This document shows positions 13,938 to 27,950 of a stretch of 64,000 nucleotides of DNA, piece after piece. The position numbers and the translations under genes were made by a program. Source of the DNA: Eimeria praecox (Eukaryota); assembly GCA_963920595.1 (NCBI GenBank), contig OY986946.1, forward strand, positions 4,526,001-4,590,000, read 5' to 3'. Numbering within the stretch: the first letter of the stretch is position 1; each line of letters opens with the position of its first letter. The notes beneath the pieces were generated by a model that searched no databases, was not told the DNA's origin, and worked only from the letters and a program-made list of their open reading frames with translations.

Positions 13938-14145
13938 TGTGGGGGGAATTCTGCTGCAGGGTTTTGTCGGAAGCCCCAAAGGCGCTGATAGATGCATGCA
14001 TTGTTGTGCTGCTGGCGCCCATAGTCGAAGTCTTTGGCTCGGGTGTCTTGACTGCTGCAGCTCATCGTTTTGTATTTATCTCGGGATTCTGCTGCCAGCA
14101 GCAGACGCAGCGGGGTGCAGCAGCAGCAGCCCCCACCAGAGGCAG

Positions 14146-14186
<41 letters not shown>

Positions 14187-14379
14187 CACAGGCCGATGAT
14201 GCCTTTATGCTGCTGCTGCTGCAGACACGGGCAGCCTCCAGCCCGCTGTGCTCCCACCTGTGTGGGGCGCTGCAGCGGTGCATGCAGCTGCTGCTGCCGC
14301 AGCAGGAGGCGCAGGCTGTCTTAAGTATACTGCAGCAGCAAAAGGTGCAGACAGAAGAACAGCAGCCACTACACAAGCC

Positions 14380-14416
<37 letters not shown>

Positions 14417-14504
14417 GTCAACATATCCGGCGGGGTTGCCGCAGCGGAACAGGCTACAGGAGGACTAGCACCGCCAGCCGCTGCAGCATCGCTTCCTGCA
14501 GCAA

Positions 14505-14541
<37 letters not shown>

Positions 14542-14735
14542 AGCAGCAACAACAACAACAGCAGCAGCAGCAACAGCAGCAGCAGCAACATCAAGCTATT
14601 CAGGGTTAGTATTTGAAGACGGAGACACTGTCTTGCTGCTGCCTCGCCAACGCAGCAAAGCTCCGTGCGCCAGGACTGCCGACAGTGATAGGGGCAGCAG
14701 CCCTCCTGCTTCAGCAGCAGCAACAGCAGCAGCAA

Positions 14736-14767
<32 letters not shown>

Positions 14768-14963
14768 GCAGCAGATCCTACATTGACAGCTGAGAAGACA
14801 GCTAGCTATGCTGCTGCTGCTGATTTGTGGGGCGATGAAAGCCCAGAAGACTTTGTGCTGCGACTGCGGGTTGAGGAGTTTGGTGTGGGGCTGCACAGCA
14901 GCAAAGGAGAAGCCGCCTCGGCCCCTGCTGCTGCTGCTGCTGCTGATGCTGCTGCTGATACAA

Positions 14964-15005
<42 letters not shown>

Positions 15006-15360
15006 AGGAGGAGACACTTGTTGATGCTGTGCTGCGGAGACAGCGCGAAAGACTAACACGAGCCCTCAGTCGTCTAGCCGGGGATATGTATTCTTCTAAG
15101 GATCGTTTGCAGCTAGAGCTGCTTCAGAATGCTGACGACAATATATATATGCTGCCGCTCCAGCTACCTCCTGCTGCCTTGCTGCTGCAGCAGCAGCAGC
15201 AGCAGCATCTGCTGCTGCGTCTCCCTGCTTTGACTCTCCCCTCCCTACACTTTGAGCTGCTGCCTGGGGGCCTCTGTGTCTTCAATAATGAAAGAGGCTT
15301 CACGCCCGCAGATGTGCGAGCCTTATGCGACGTGGCGCGGAGCACCAAAGACCCTCAACT

Positions 15361-15425
<65 letters not shown>

Positions 15426-15683
15426 GGCGTCGTATAGGGCGGTTTGGTGTGGGGTTCAAGTCTGTCTTCAGCCTATCAGATAACCCTCATATTATATCTT
15501 CTACTGGCGCCGCCCTCAGATTTGCGGCTCAAGACAGCAGCGGCCTCGGCTTTGTCTTGCCCTTCCCTCTCGAGAGAGACAGTTGGGGTAGAGCCCTACC
15601 TACAGAGGCCCTTCAGGGGGCCTTACTGGCTGCTCAGGACCCTCTCCCTTTGCTGCAGACACGCTGCAGCAGCTGCAGCAACA

Positions 15684-15714
<31 letters not shown>

Positions 15715-15848
15715 CAACGATAGTGGGAGCAGCAGCTGTAGCTGCTGTGGTTGCTGCTGCTCTATCTTGTCTCCAACTCCCCAGAAAGAATCAGCATCGA
15801 CAGCAACGGCGGGGTCTGCAGCAGCAGAAGCAGCAGCAACAGCAGCAA

Positions 15849-15880
<32 letters not shown>

Positions 15881-16144
15881 ACAGCAGCAGCAGCAGCAGG
15901 AACAGCAGCAACAGAAGCAGCTTTACGTATCTGGAGGACTATCATATGGCTGCCTGTACGGAATGAGCTGAAGGAGACGTGGGGACAGCAAGGAGACAGT
16001 CTGTCTTCTCGTCTCTCTTTCATCGAACCCCACTGTCTCCTTTTCTTGCGGAGACTCCGTCGTGTCTCTTGTCGTAGTCTGCCGTCTAAGACCTGCTACT
16101 TACTATTAAAACATACTTTCCCATACGTTGATGCCTCAGTCTTC

Positions 16145-16178
<34 letters not shown>

Positions 16179-16186
16179 AGCAGCAA

Positions 16187-16224
<38 letters not shown>

Positions 16225-16563
16225 GCAGCAGCATGTGTATGAGTTGCCTAGCTGCGCGCAGCACGTCGTCTTGAGCTGCTGCTGTCGTTCTCTAAGCTCA
16301 AATAATTTGCTGCTGTGTGATAGCTGGAGCTGCTGCAGGGGAGGAGACAGCCCGTGGCAGCAGCAGCAGCAGCACTGGCTGCTGGTGCAGCACAAACCTG
16401 TGGGGTCTCCGCCTGCAGCAGGACCTGTAGACGAGCCTCTGGTCTTAGGGCTGCCTCTTACGCCTGAGGGATATGCTGCGCCAACGCCAGCAGCAGCAAC
16501 TACTGCTGCTGCAGCAGCAGCAGCAGCATCAAACCCAGACCATATCAGCAGCAACACAAACAC

Positions 16564-16603
<40 letters not shown>

Positions 16604-16945
16604 GGATGGCCGCTACACTGTTTTCTGCCTGTGAGGGGCTTTGGTCTCCCCTTCATTCTTCACGGGGCTTTCAATTTGACGGCGTCTCGAGAGGATTTGA
16701 GGTGCGGAGACACCTGGAATCTGTGGCTGCTGCAGCAGCTGCCTGCTGCTCTTGCTGCAGCAGTTGCTGTATGCAAGACAGCTCATCCTCAATTACAGGA
16801 ATCGCTGCTGCTGTTCGCTCCACTCCTTAATACTGCTGAGGCTGCAGGGGCATCTTCAGAGATTGTGGGGGAGGCTGCTGCTGCTGCTGTTGCTGTATTG
16901 AAGCATCAAGAGTGCTTGTTGGCTGTAAACCCTGAATATGAGACA

Positions 16946-16981
<36 letters not shown>

Positions 16982-17135
16982 CAACAACAACAACAGCAGC
17001 AGCAGCAGCAGCAGCAAACAACACTAGCTGCAGCTGAAGACTTCATATGGTGCCCTCCAACACGCGCAGTCCTCGCTCTTGCTGCTGCAGGAGAGAGAGC
17101 CTCCGGGTCTTTTGCTGCAGGGTCTATGGGCTTTT

Positions 17136-17171
<36 letters not shown>

Positions 17172-17469
17172 GGAGCAGCAGCAGCAGCGCTGCAGCGGAG
17201 TGGCCCGTGCCGCCTTGGCTGCTGCAGAGGGCCCTTCGCCGGGTGTATGTACACCCTAGAGTGTTGAAGCATCTACAGCCCTCTGCCCTCCGCCTGCTAG
17301 GAGTACAGGAGTTGGGGATGTGGGATCTCGTAGAAATTCTGCGGTGTATTGTCAGGTTGCAGCAGGAGGGCGCGGACAGCCAACAGCAGCAGCAGCAGCA
17401 GCAGCTTCAGCGGCTGCTGCTGCCACAAGGGATCGGTAAACTCCTGCTGCTGCTCGACAGTGTCTGCAT

Positions 17470-17501
<32 letters not shown>

Positions 17502-17633
17502 CTGTGCAGCAGCGGGCGGCTCTGGGGGCCCTCAGAAGCATCCCCTTCCTTCCTACGCTCTGTGGGCGCTTTGCAGCAGCAGACAACACGAAGGTAACCC
17601 TCTGTCTCCCTCCCCACACACCTGCTACGGATC

Positions 17634-17683
<50 letters not shown>

Positions 17684-17811
17684 AGAGGTGGCTGTTCACA
17701 GCCCTTGGACACATACTGCGGGGGCTTCACTGACAGCTCCCCCGGGGGTCCGCTTGTGGTGTACGTACACCCTGGCGTCTTGGAGCCGTGGATGGCAGCG
17801 ACAGCAACCTC

Positions 17812-17844
<33 letters not shown>

Positions 17845-18240
17845 GGGAGAGCAGCAGCAGGAAGAGGAGGAGGAGCAGCAGCAGCAGGCGGCCGAGGATT
17901 GGGCTTTTCAGCGATCTCGTGTGTTGCGGTGTCTCCGGAGTTTGGGTGTTGACTATCTGCGTCCGCAGCAGGTGCTGCAGCAGCAGCTGTTGCCGTTGCT
18001 GCAGCAGCACGATCTTGCAGCAACAGCAGCAGATAATGAGTTAGTCGAATACCTCTTCTTTGTTGTCTCTCATTGGAAGGGCCTCAGAGCTACGCTAGAA
18101 ACGAAGCAGCAGCAGCAGCAGCAGCAGCTGCTTCGTTTGCCTGTATGTACAGATAAGAATACGAGGCTGTCTCTGGGGTCTCCGCTGCTGCGGTGTCTCT
18201 GGACACCCCCCCCACCACAGCAGCAGCAGCAGCAGCAGCA

Positions 18241-18280
<40 letters not shown>

Positions 18281-18447
18281 CTGCTGCAGTTGTACAAGGA
18301 GCTGCTGCCAGATTGTTTGTTTCTCTCGCCTGCGTATGCACGCGTTGTCTCTCTTTCAGAATGGGGGGAATTCTGTGAGGCGTTGGGGCTGCAGCAGCTG
18401 CTGCATGTCTCATCTGTCCTGTATTGGCTGCACATTGAGGCTCCACT

Positions 18448-18484
<37 letters not shown>

Positions 18485-18857
18485 GTTCAACAGGAGCAGC
18501 AGCAGCAGCAGCAGCAGCTGCAGCAACAGCGTCTTGCCCCTCCACGTATCAAACTCGCTGCTGTTGATGGAATACCTGTGGCTGAGGACAGCAGCAGCAG
18601 CAGCAGCAGCAGCAGCATGAGGGAGGAGCTGCTGCTGCACTTATCTCGTCGGTGGCAGCAGCAGCAGCAGCTGCAGTGGCTGCAGACAGAGTTGCTGCAG
18701 CAGAGATGCGATAGCCAGCCATGGGAGGCAGCAGCAGCAACAGCAGCAGCTGCTGCTGTCTCTTCAGGTGTCTCCGTGTTGGTGGAGGACTTCGTCTGTC
18801 TCGATTTTGAGCGCCTCGTTGCTGCTGCTTCCGCTGCTGCTGCTGCTGTAGGCAGCA

Positions 18858-18893
<36 letters not shown>

Positions 18894-19129
18894 GCAGCGA
18901 ACAAGCCTTGCAGCTGCAGACTATGGTGCGGCAGCCGCTACAGCGGGTGCTGCAAATAACACAAGAGCTGCAGCAAGTAGAGATTCTCTCCCTTCGTCTT
19001 GCTGTTGTGGTGTTGACTGAGGCGCAGCAACGGTGGCAGGGCTACAGGCGTCTGCGCTGGCAGATAGAAGACACACCAGCAGCAGCAGCAGCAGACATAG
19101 CAGCAGCAGCAGCAAACGGGTTGGCCCCA

Positions 19130-19160
<31 letters not shown>

Positions 19161-19437
19161 GACGATGGACAATGTCTCGCGCTGGAGGAGAAGGAGCCTC
19201 CTCGCTGCTAGTGCAGCTGCGCTGCAGCTCGTGGCTGCCTGCTGTTGCATGCGACGCCATGTCTGAGACTGCTGCTGCTGCAGTGCAGCAACAGCAGCAG
19301 CAGCAACAGCAGCAGCAGGAGCAGCAGCAGCAACTCTTCGAGATTGACTGTGAGGGAGATCAAAGCATCCTGGACAGCAGCAGCTCCAGCAGCAGCGACA
19401 GCCAAGAGGAGGCTGCAGCACCACTGACGCCCAGAGG

Positions 19438-19478
<41 letters not shown>

Positions 19479-19752
19479 CCAACAGGAGGCGTTGCCGAGC
19501 AAGAAGCAAAAAACGCTGTCTCCGTCTGGCCTACGACTTCTGCAGCAGCAGCAACAGCAGCAGCAATAGAAGAAGCAGCAGCAACAGCAGCAGCAACAGC
19601 AGCAGCAACAGCACCGAGCCCTCAGCAAGTGTCTCCACAAACCAAAACATCATACACACAACCACGACACCCGGCAGCACTTGCCCCAGGTGTAGCTTGA
19701 ACAGCAACATCAGCAGCAGCAACAGCAGCAGCAGCAACAGCAGCAGCAGCAA

Positions 19753-19784
<32 letters not shown>

Positions 19785-20126
19785 GCAGCAACCGCGCTCG
19801 CTTGTACTGGAGGTTTGTGGGCCTCCGTAAGCCGCAGGAGCTGACAGCGCCCAGAGGGAAGTGCGTTGAGGTGTATGGACGGCTGGTGGAATACATGCAC
19901 CCCTTTGTGGGGCGTCTGCTGCAGCAAAACCACCACCAGCAGCAGCAGCCGCAGCAGCAGCAGCAGCAGCAGCAGCCGGAGCATCTTAAGGCGGATGCTG
20001 AGCAGCCGCTCCTCAGCAGCAGAAGCAGCACCGCTCTTGATGAGCTTGCCTATGTGGGGAGGTGTCTGGACACCCCGGAGACTGACACGTTGCTGCTGTC
20101 TCCACAGGGGAGTGTTGCAGCAGCAA

Positions 20127-20161
<35 letters not shown>

Positions 20162-20274
20162 GCAGCAGCTGCAGCAGGCCAGGGCTTTGTAAGGAAGCAG
20201 ATATGGACTTGTGGGTCCTTGTCGCGTGCAGCGCATTGGCTGGAGGAACGCCCCACACCGTTCAAGGCAGCAAG

Positions 20275-20314
<40 letters not shown>

Positions 20315-20480
20315 CATAGTGCATGCAGCAGGGATGAACCGGAAGGTCTTCACCTCATGCCGGACGAAGAGACAGCAGCAAACTTGCTGCTGTCTCTTGC
20401 TGCTCATTTGCAGCAAATAAGAACCCCACGAGGGAAGGCTCTACCAGCAGCAGCAGGGCCTCCTGCAGCAGCCTTCGATT

Positions 20481-20531
<51 letters not shown>

Positions 20532-20643
20532 GCAACGACAACAGCAGCAAATGTGGAGTTGAAGGTGCGGCTCTATCGTTGGCGGTTTGTTTCTTAGCAG
20601 CAGCTGATGCCACATGCAAGGAAGGACGCTGCTGCTGTAGCCA

Positions 20644-20685
<42 letters not shown>

Positions 20686-20827
20686 TTGCAAGGAGACGAG
20701 GCCTAGCTGCTGCGGCTGTCTATATCAGCATGTGGGGGGCCGCAGCCGTTCTCTGTTTTGCTGCTGCTGCAGTCCAGTGGTCAGCGATGTCTTCCGCTTG
20801 CTGCAGTACCTCGCTCACAGGCGGCAC

Positions 20828-20863
<36 letters not shown>

Positions 20864-21217
20864 ACAGCTGGTGCTGCAACTGCAGCAGCAGCACAGCAGC
20901 TCAGTCTCTGGACTCCCTTCGGCTCGAAGGGGGTTGTGCTGCTTCCGCAGCCAGCAGCAAACGCGGCGTTCTATGAGACGTCAGAGACGCCTGCTGCTGC
21001 TGCTGCTGCTGCAGCAGCAGCAGCAGCAGCAGCAGCACATACTCTTGGCTGCTGTATCTGGTGGAGGCCCCCCTCTGAGTCTGTCTTCCGCCTCCCCCTG
21101 GGGGCCCCCCTTGCAGCCTTCCCTCGTTGCTGGCCTTTAGAAGACGTGGCTCTGCTGCTAGACAGACAGCGCACACTTCTGCAGCAGCTCGGCCCCACAG
21201 AGCCTTCGCTCTCCCTG

Positions 21218-21273
<56 letters not shown>

Positions 21274-21731
21274 GCTTGGTGAGTTGGAGGCCTTCCTGCT
21301 GCAGGATATGAGTGTTAGAGAATACCCCACGCTGCAAGAATGTGTGGAGGCCCTCAGATGGATATCAAACCCCACAGAAGGTCTATGGGGGGGTAGAGGG
21401 GGAAGGAGAGCGTCTGCAGCAGCAGCAGCAGCAGCAGCAGCAAATGCAGCAGCAGCAGCAGCAGCAGCAGATCTGGTTGCAGACACGCTGCAGCAGCATA
21501 CCATGCATGCAGCACCTGGAAGACCACGGAAGCTGCGGCGATATGCAGAAGCAGGAGAAGACAGCTACTGCCCCTCATCGCCTTCTGCTGCTGCTGGCTA
21601 CTCAGCTGCTGCTGCTGCAGCAGCAGCAGCAGCAGCAGCAGGCGGAACAAGAGTAACGCTGCCCGTGAAGTGCGGCGAGGATGGGCTGCTGCTGCACTTG
21701 CTTGCGTTGCTGCTGCACCTGGACGAACGCT

Positions 21732-21773
<42 letters not shown>

Positions 21774-22027
21774 CTCTGTCTTCGCTGATTCGAGGGCTCG
21801 CTGTAGTGCCCTGTCTTCAGCTGTCTCCTTTCTCTGCTGTCTCCACCAGGGGGCGTCGCGGTCGTGCTGGTGGGGCTGCTGCTGCTGCTGCAGCAGCAGC
21901 AGCAGCTGCTGCTGAGGTGTCTGACGACTTGCTGCAGCTGCGGCTGCTGCCCGCGGGCAGCCCCATGTGGCTTCGTCTAACAGCGCAGGACTGCAGACTG
22001 TGGGAGCTGCTGCAGGCTGGCGCAGCA

Positions 22028-22065
<38 letters not shown>

Positions 22066-22433
22066 CAGCAGCAGGTCATGGAGAGAGACAGACACAGCAC
22101 TGTGGGGGGGAGAAGCTCAAGCAGCAGCAGACTATCCGTGTGTAGTTTGGTGCTGCAGTTCTTCTTGCTGCTGGAGACAGATTGCTGTGTCTGCTGCAGT
22201 TAGAGACTGCAGAGGAGACACAGGAGACAGTCTCTGTGCTGTCTGCGAGTCCTTGATGATAGGAAGGCTGCAGCAGCAGCAGGGCCTACAGAGGCAGCAG
22301 CCAGTGCTGCAGTCGTGGCTGCTGCTGCTGCAGCAGCGTCTAGGTGTGGGGCCCCTCAGCTCTGCCTGTTTGACGCAGCTTACTGCTGCTCCGCTGCTGT
22401 CTCTTCAAGGAGCTGCTACTGCTGCTGCTGCTG

Positions 22434-22467
<34 letters not shown>

Positions 22468-22916
22468 CGATACGATCCCGCTCAGGGTTGCTGCTGCGGA
22501 TTCAAAACAACTTGCTCAGGGCCTCGTCTTACGTGGTCTGAAGCAGAGGCTGCTGCTGCTGCTGCTGCCGGCAGCCCGCCGCTACCTGCTTCACAGAGAC
22601 CCTCATCGCTATCTCTTGCTGCAGCGACAGTGGCTAGCAGACCGCAAGCTGCAACAGCAGCAGCAACAGCAGCAACAGCAGCAGCAGCAGCAGGAGCAGC
22701 GGCAGCAGCAGCAGGAGATGGTGTCAGTTGAAGCCCTTCAATCCAGGCACACACCCTGCTGGCTGCAGCTGCTGCAGCGTCTGCTGCTGCTGCTCTGCAA
22801 GGGCCTCAGCAGCAGAGTTTGCTGCGTCGAGACAGGAGCAGCAGGACCGTGGCGGCCATGTGAGGCGGCGCTGCAGTGGGAGAATATCCTTGAGGGAGAA
22901 GAAGAGCTTCCCCCCC

Positions 22917-22968
<52 letters not shown>

Positions 22969-23099
22969 TTGCTGCGAGGAGCAGCAGAATCGGTGGGAGA
23001 CAGAAGACACAGCTGCGATCTCCTCTCCCCTCTTCTTAGCGTGGAATGTAGAGAACGATTCTCTCACTGCTGCGCTTGTGCAGCTAGAGGCAGCAGAGT

Positions 23100-23130
<31 letters not shown>

Positions 23131-23397
23131 CAGCAGCAGCAGGAAGGGGGGGACAGAGCACGTGAGTAGGCTGTTTGCTGCAGCGCATGCAGACGAGCTT
23201 CAGGAGCTGCTGCTGCCTTCTCTCTCTGTTGAGGTCTTCAGTCAAGTGTCGCGTCTCTTCTCTTTAGAGGGGAGAATAGATAAAAGTCTCTCTGCCTTCT
23301 TGCTGCTGCTGTATTCACGGCTGCAGCACAAGCTGCTGCAGTGGTTGATGCGGCCTCCGAAGGGGGGGCTGCTGCGGTGGCTGCAGGGGATGCAGAC

Positions 23398-23446
<49 letters not shown>

Positions 23447-23580
23447 TTTTGCTGCAGGTTGTCTGCTGCAGCAGCAGCAGCAATTGTGGGTGCAGCAGTA
23501 GAGGAATGTCTAAGGGCTGAGGGCCTCTGGGAGGGGCCCCTCGACACCCCTGAGCTGCAGCAGCGCTGCGTTGCAGCAAT

Positions 23581-23619
<39 letters not shown>

Positions 23620-24194
23620 CAGCAGCAGCAGTGGGGGCGTTGGTGCTAGTCATGCTGCTGCTGCTTCTGGGTTTACAGATGCAGCAGCAGCAACTAACGC
23701 TGAGTTGCTGCTGCTGCTGGAGGAGGAAGCAGCAGCAGCAAACGAGATACTAGAGAGCTTTGATATAGACAGAGGGGGGCCTCTGTGGCTGCTGCGCGAT
23801 GCTTGGTTTGTCCTTATGATGAAAGGAGACACTACAGAGACTGTCTCTGCTGCTGCTGCTGCTGCTGCTGATGCTGCTGATGCTGCTGTCTCCTCCGAAG
23901 ACACGGAGACAGGTGCTGCTGCAGCAGAGGGACCCGACGCAACAGAACAGGCAGCAGCAGCAGGAGCAGCAGAAACGGCAGCAGCAGCAGCAACAACAAC
24001 AGCAGCAGCAGCAACAGCAGCAGCAGCAGATACAACGATGGAAGATGAAGATGTTGTAGTAGAAGAGAGAGACAAAGACCTAGAGAACGTGAAGAGGAGA
24101 CAGGGCCCTAGGCGCTCTGCTGCTGCTGCTTGCAGGGAGGGCGGAGACAGCGAGCAGCAAGCTGCTGCTGCTGCACCGAGCATCAGCAGCATCA

Positions 24195-24226
<32 letters not shown>

Positions 24227-26791
24227 GATATAGAAGAACTATCTGAAGTAGAAGATAAATGGGGGGAAGAAGAAGAGACAGCAGAAGCTGTAGCAGCAAG
24301 ACACAATCTGTCTCCTCTTCGAATGGAGACAGCAGAAGAAGGAGGTCTGTTCAGCACGCTACATCGATATCAAGGAGACACGGGGGCCCCCCGTCCCCTT
24401 GGGGGCCCCCAAGGGGAGGGGGGGCCCCCAGGGGACAGTGAAAGGAGACAGGAGACAGCTCAGGGGCCCCTCAGTCAGGCCCTTAGTGACGAGCCGTTTG
24501 TCTCCTTAGGAGAGTTTCAAGCACAAGCTATCGAGATACACCCGGAGTAAGGAGAGAGACACGTATACACTAGAAAGGAGACAGATGGAGAGGGAGAGAG
24601 ACAGAGAGACAGAGACAGAGAGACAGGGACGGAGAGAGAGAGACAGAGAGACAGAGAGAGAGAGACAGAGACACAGAGAGACAGAAATAGCGCGAGAGAG
24701 AATATGTGAGACAGAGAGAGACAGAGACAGAGAGAGACAGAGACAGAGAGACAGGGACAGAGAGAGAGAGACAGAGAGACAGAGAGAGAGAGAGACAGAG
24801 ACACAGAGAGACAGAAATAGCGCGAGAGAGAATATGTGATGCTGACAGAGGCAGAAACAGCAATAGAGAAGGAGAGACAGAAGGAGAGGCGGAGGGAGAG
24901 ATAGAGACAGAGACAGAGACAGAGAGACAGAGACAGAGACAGGAGGAGACAGAGAGAGGAGGGGACAGAGATAGAAGGAGACAGAGATAGAAAGAGACAG
25001 AGGCACAGGAAGAGGCAGAGACAAAGGGAGAGAGAGAGAGAGACAGACAGACAGAGACAGAGGAGGAGACACAGAAAGAGACAGAGACATACAGCAACAG
25101 AAGAGGAGACAGTGTAGTATGCTTGTTAGTAGTAGAGACCTCCGAATGTGTTTGTTTTTGATTCTATATGCAACAGAGACAGAGAAGCTGTAGCCCCCTT
25201 CGCCGTGTCATCATCAGGAGACAGAGACAGATCTGCTGCTGCAGCAGCAGCAAGAAGAGGAGAAGCTCTGGTGTATGGGTACCTGCAGCGGCTGCTGCAG
25301 CAGCAAATAAAAGACAAGACAGCAGAAATACTGTGGGTTAATGAAAAACAAGAAAGCGGCCTCAGCTACGATATCCTCGTCAAGGTAAGACCTTCAAGGA
25401 GACAGAGACAGACAGATAGAGACAGACAGATAGAGACAGGGAGACAGAGACAGACAGATAGAGACAGAGACAGAAACAGAGACAGACAGATACAGACAGA
25501 TACAGACAGATAGAGACAGATAGGGACAGAGAGAGGCAGATAGAGACAGAGACAGACAGGGAGACAGATACAGACAGATACAGACAGGGAGACAGAGACA
25601 GACAGATAGAGACAGAGACAGAGACAGGGAGACAGATACAGACAGATAGAGACAGGGAGACAGATACAGACAGATAGAGACAGGGAGACAGAGACAGACA
25701 GATAGAGACAGAGACAGACAGGGAGAAAGATACAGACAGACAGACAGGGAGACAGAGACAGACAGATAGAGACAGAGACAGACAGATACAGACAGACAGA
25801 CAGGGAGACACAGAGAGAGACAGATATAGACAGGGATATAGGGATAGGGAGAGAGAGACAGATAGAGATAGAGATATAGAGAGAGATAGAGAGACAGAGA
25901 GAGATATAGAGACAGAGATATAGAGATAGAGAGGGATATAGAGACAGAGAGATATAGAGACAGAGAGATATAGAGACAGAGAGATATAGAGGCAGAGAGA
26001 AGGAGAAATAGGGAGACAGGGAGAGACAGAGTCGCAGAAGGAGACAGAGCGAGGCAGAAGAAGAGACAGAAAGAGATAGAGAGAGAGAGACAGGAAAAGA
26101 CAGAGAGGTAGAGACACAAAGAGACAGAGAGATAGAAGCACGAGGGGTATGCATGCATGCGGTTTGGGTGTCTGAATGTGCTTGCATGCATGCATGTGCT
26201 GTACATGCAACGAGTTTCACAGTTTACAGTTGCATGCATGCGTGTCTTGCATGCATGCGTGCATGCGTGTCTTGGCTGTATGTGTGCGTGTCTTGCATGC
26301 ATGCATATATGCGTGTCTTGCATGCATGCATGCATGCATGCATGCACGCAAGTTTCAAACTAAATATGTGTGCATGTATGCATGCATGCAAGACATGCAA
26401 GACATGTATGCATGCAAGACATGCATGCATGCAAGACATGCATGCATGCATGTCTTGCATGCATCCAATTTCAAAACTAAATATGTGTGTGTTATTGTTG
26501 TAGGAATATCCGGCTGTAGGTGTTTGCGCTCCCCCTCGTTCAATATTTGTAGAAGTGAAGAGCAGCACAACTAAATTTAAAACTTATTTTGAGGTGTCGC
26601 ATAGAGAGTGGAACTTAGCACAACAACATGTAAGCCTGCTGTCCAAGACAGCAACTTGCATGCAGCTTGCATGCAGCAGCAGCAGCAGCAGCAACAGCAG
26701 CAGATGCTGCTGCTGCTGAAGCAGAAGCAGAAACAGAAGCAGGAACAGAAGCAGCAGAAAATGTAGATACAGAAGTACCAGGAAAGCAGCA

Positions 26792-26860
<69 letters not shown>

Positions 26861-27638
26861 ACAGCAGATATGTGGACGAATGAGAGATAGACTATCAGCC
26901 ACATATCGATATACAAATATGCTTATCTCCATGGCTGTTGCTGCTGCTGTTGCTGCTGTTGCTGTTGCTGCTGCTGCTGCTGATGAATAGATATAGCTGC
27001 AGTGTATAGTCTGTTGGCTGTATGCACCGGTACAGCAGATGCAGACAGGATGAGCTCCAGCAGTCTTCTGTGTGCTGTCTAGAATTAAGGGTTTAGGGTT
27101 TAGGGTTTAGGGTTTAGGGTTTAGGGTTTAGGGTTTAGGGTTTAGGGTTTAGGGTTTAGGGTGTCTGTTAATATTTTCAGGGGGACAACTTTCACATCTA
27201 TCGAGTCCTTGAAGCAAATTCTGCGCAGCCTCAGATCTTTCGGTGAGTGTCTCCTCCCCCTTCAGGTGTCTCTGCACCTTTGGGGTGTCTCTTCTACACC
27301 CTTCAGGTGTCTCTGCACCTGTGGGGTGTCTCTACACCTGTGGGGTGTCTCTGCACCTTTGGGGTGTCTCTTCTACACCCTTCAGGTGTCTCTGCACCTT
27401 TGGGGTGTCTCTGCACCTGTGGGGTGTCTCCTTTTTGTCTGTCTCTCTGAGTGTTTGTATCTTCTCTTGCTGTCTCTTCATCAAAACCACTTCGTGCGTC
27501 TTATGCCTTCCGGCTGTTTGCTGCTGCTGTCGTAGCTGGGCAGCAGCAGCAGCAGCAGCAAGAGCAGCAGCAGCAGCAGTAGCAGCAGCAGCAGCTGTAT
27601 ATTCCTGCGTGCGTGCAGTAGCATGGCTTGGGCTTGTG

Positions 27639-27683
<45 letters not shown>

Positions 27684-27701
27684 GAGGGAGAGAGAAAGAT
27701 G

Positions 27702-27749
<48 letters not shown>

Positions 27750-27918
27750 ATTTGATGTTTGTGTTTTTTGTATGGAGAGTTGAGAAGAACGCCTGAGGCT
27801 TCTGCTGCTCCTGTCTCTTCCTATTATCCTTGCCTTGTGCTGTGTCTGCTGCTGCTGGTGCTGCTGCTGCTGTTGCTGCTGCTGCTGTTGCTGCTGCTGC
27901 TGTTGCTGCTGCTGCTGT

Positions 27919-27950
<32 letters not shown>

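Noticed and set aside
11642..24550. 4302-aa ORF as a complete single-exon gene
   Set aside because: It starts at TTG inside an intron and ends at a GT donor; SWIM and DUF3883 exons splice on in phase.
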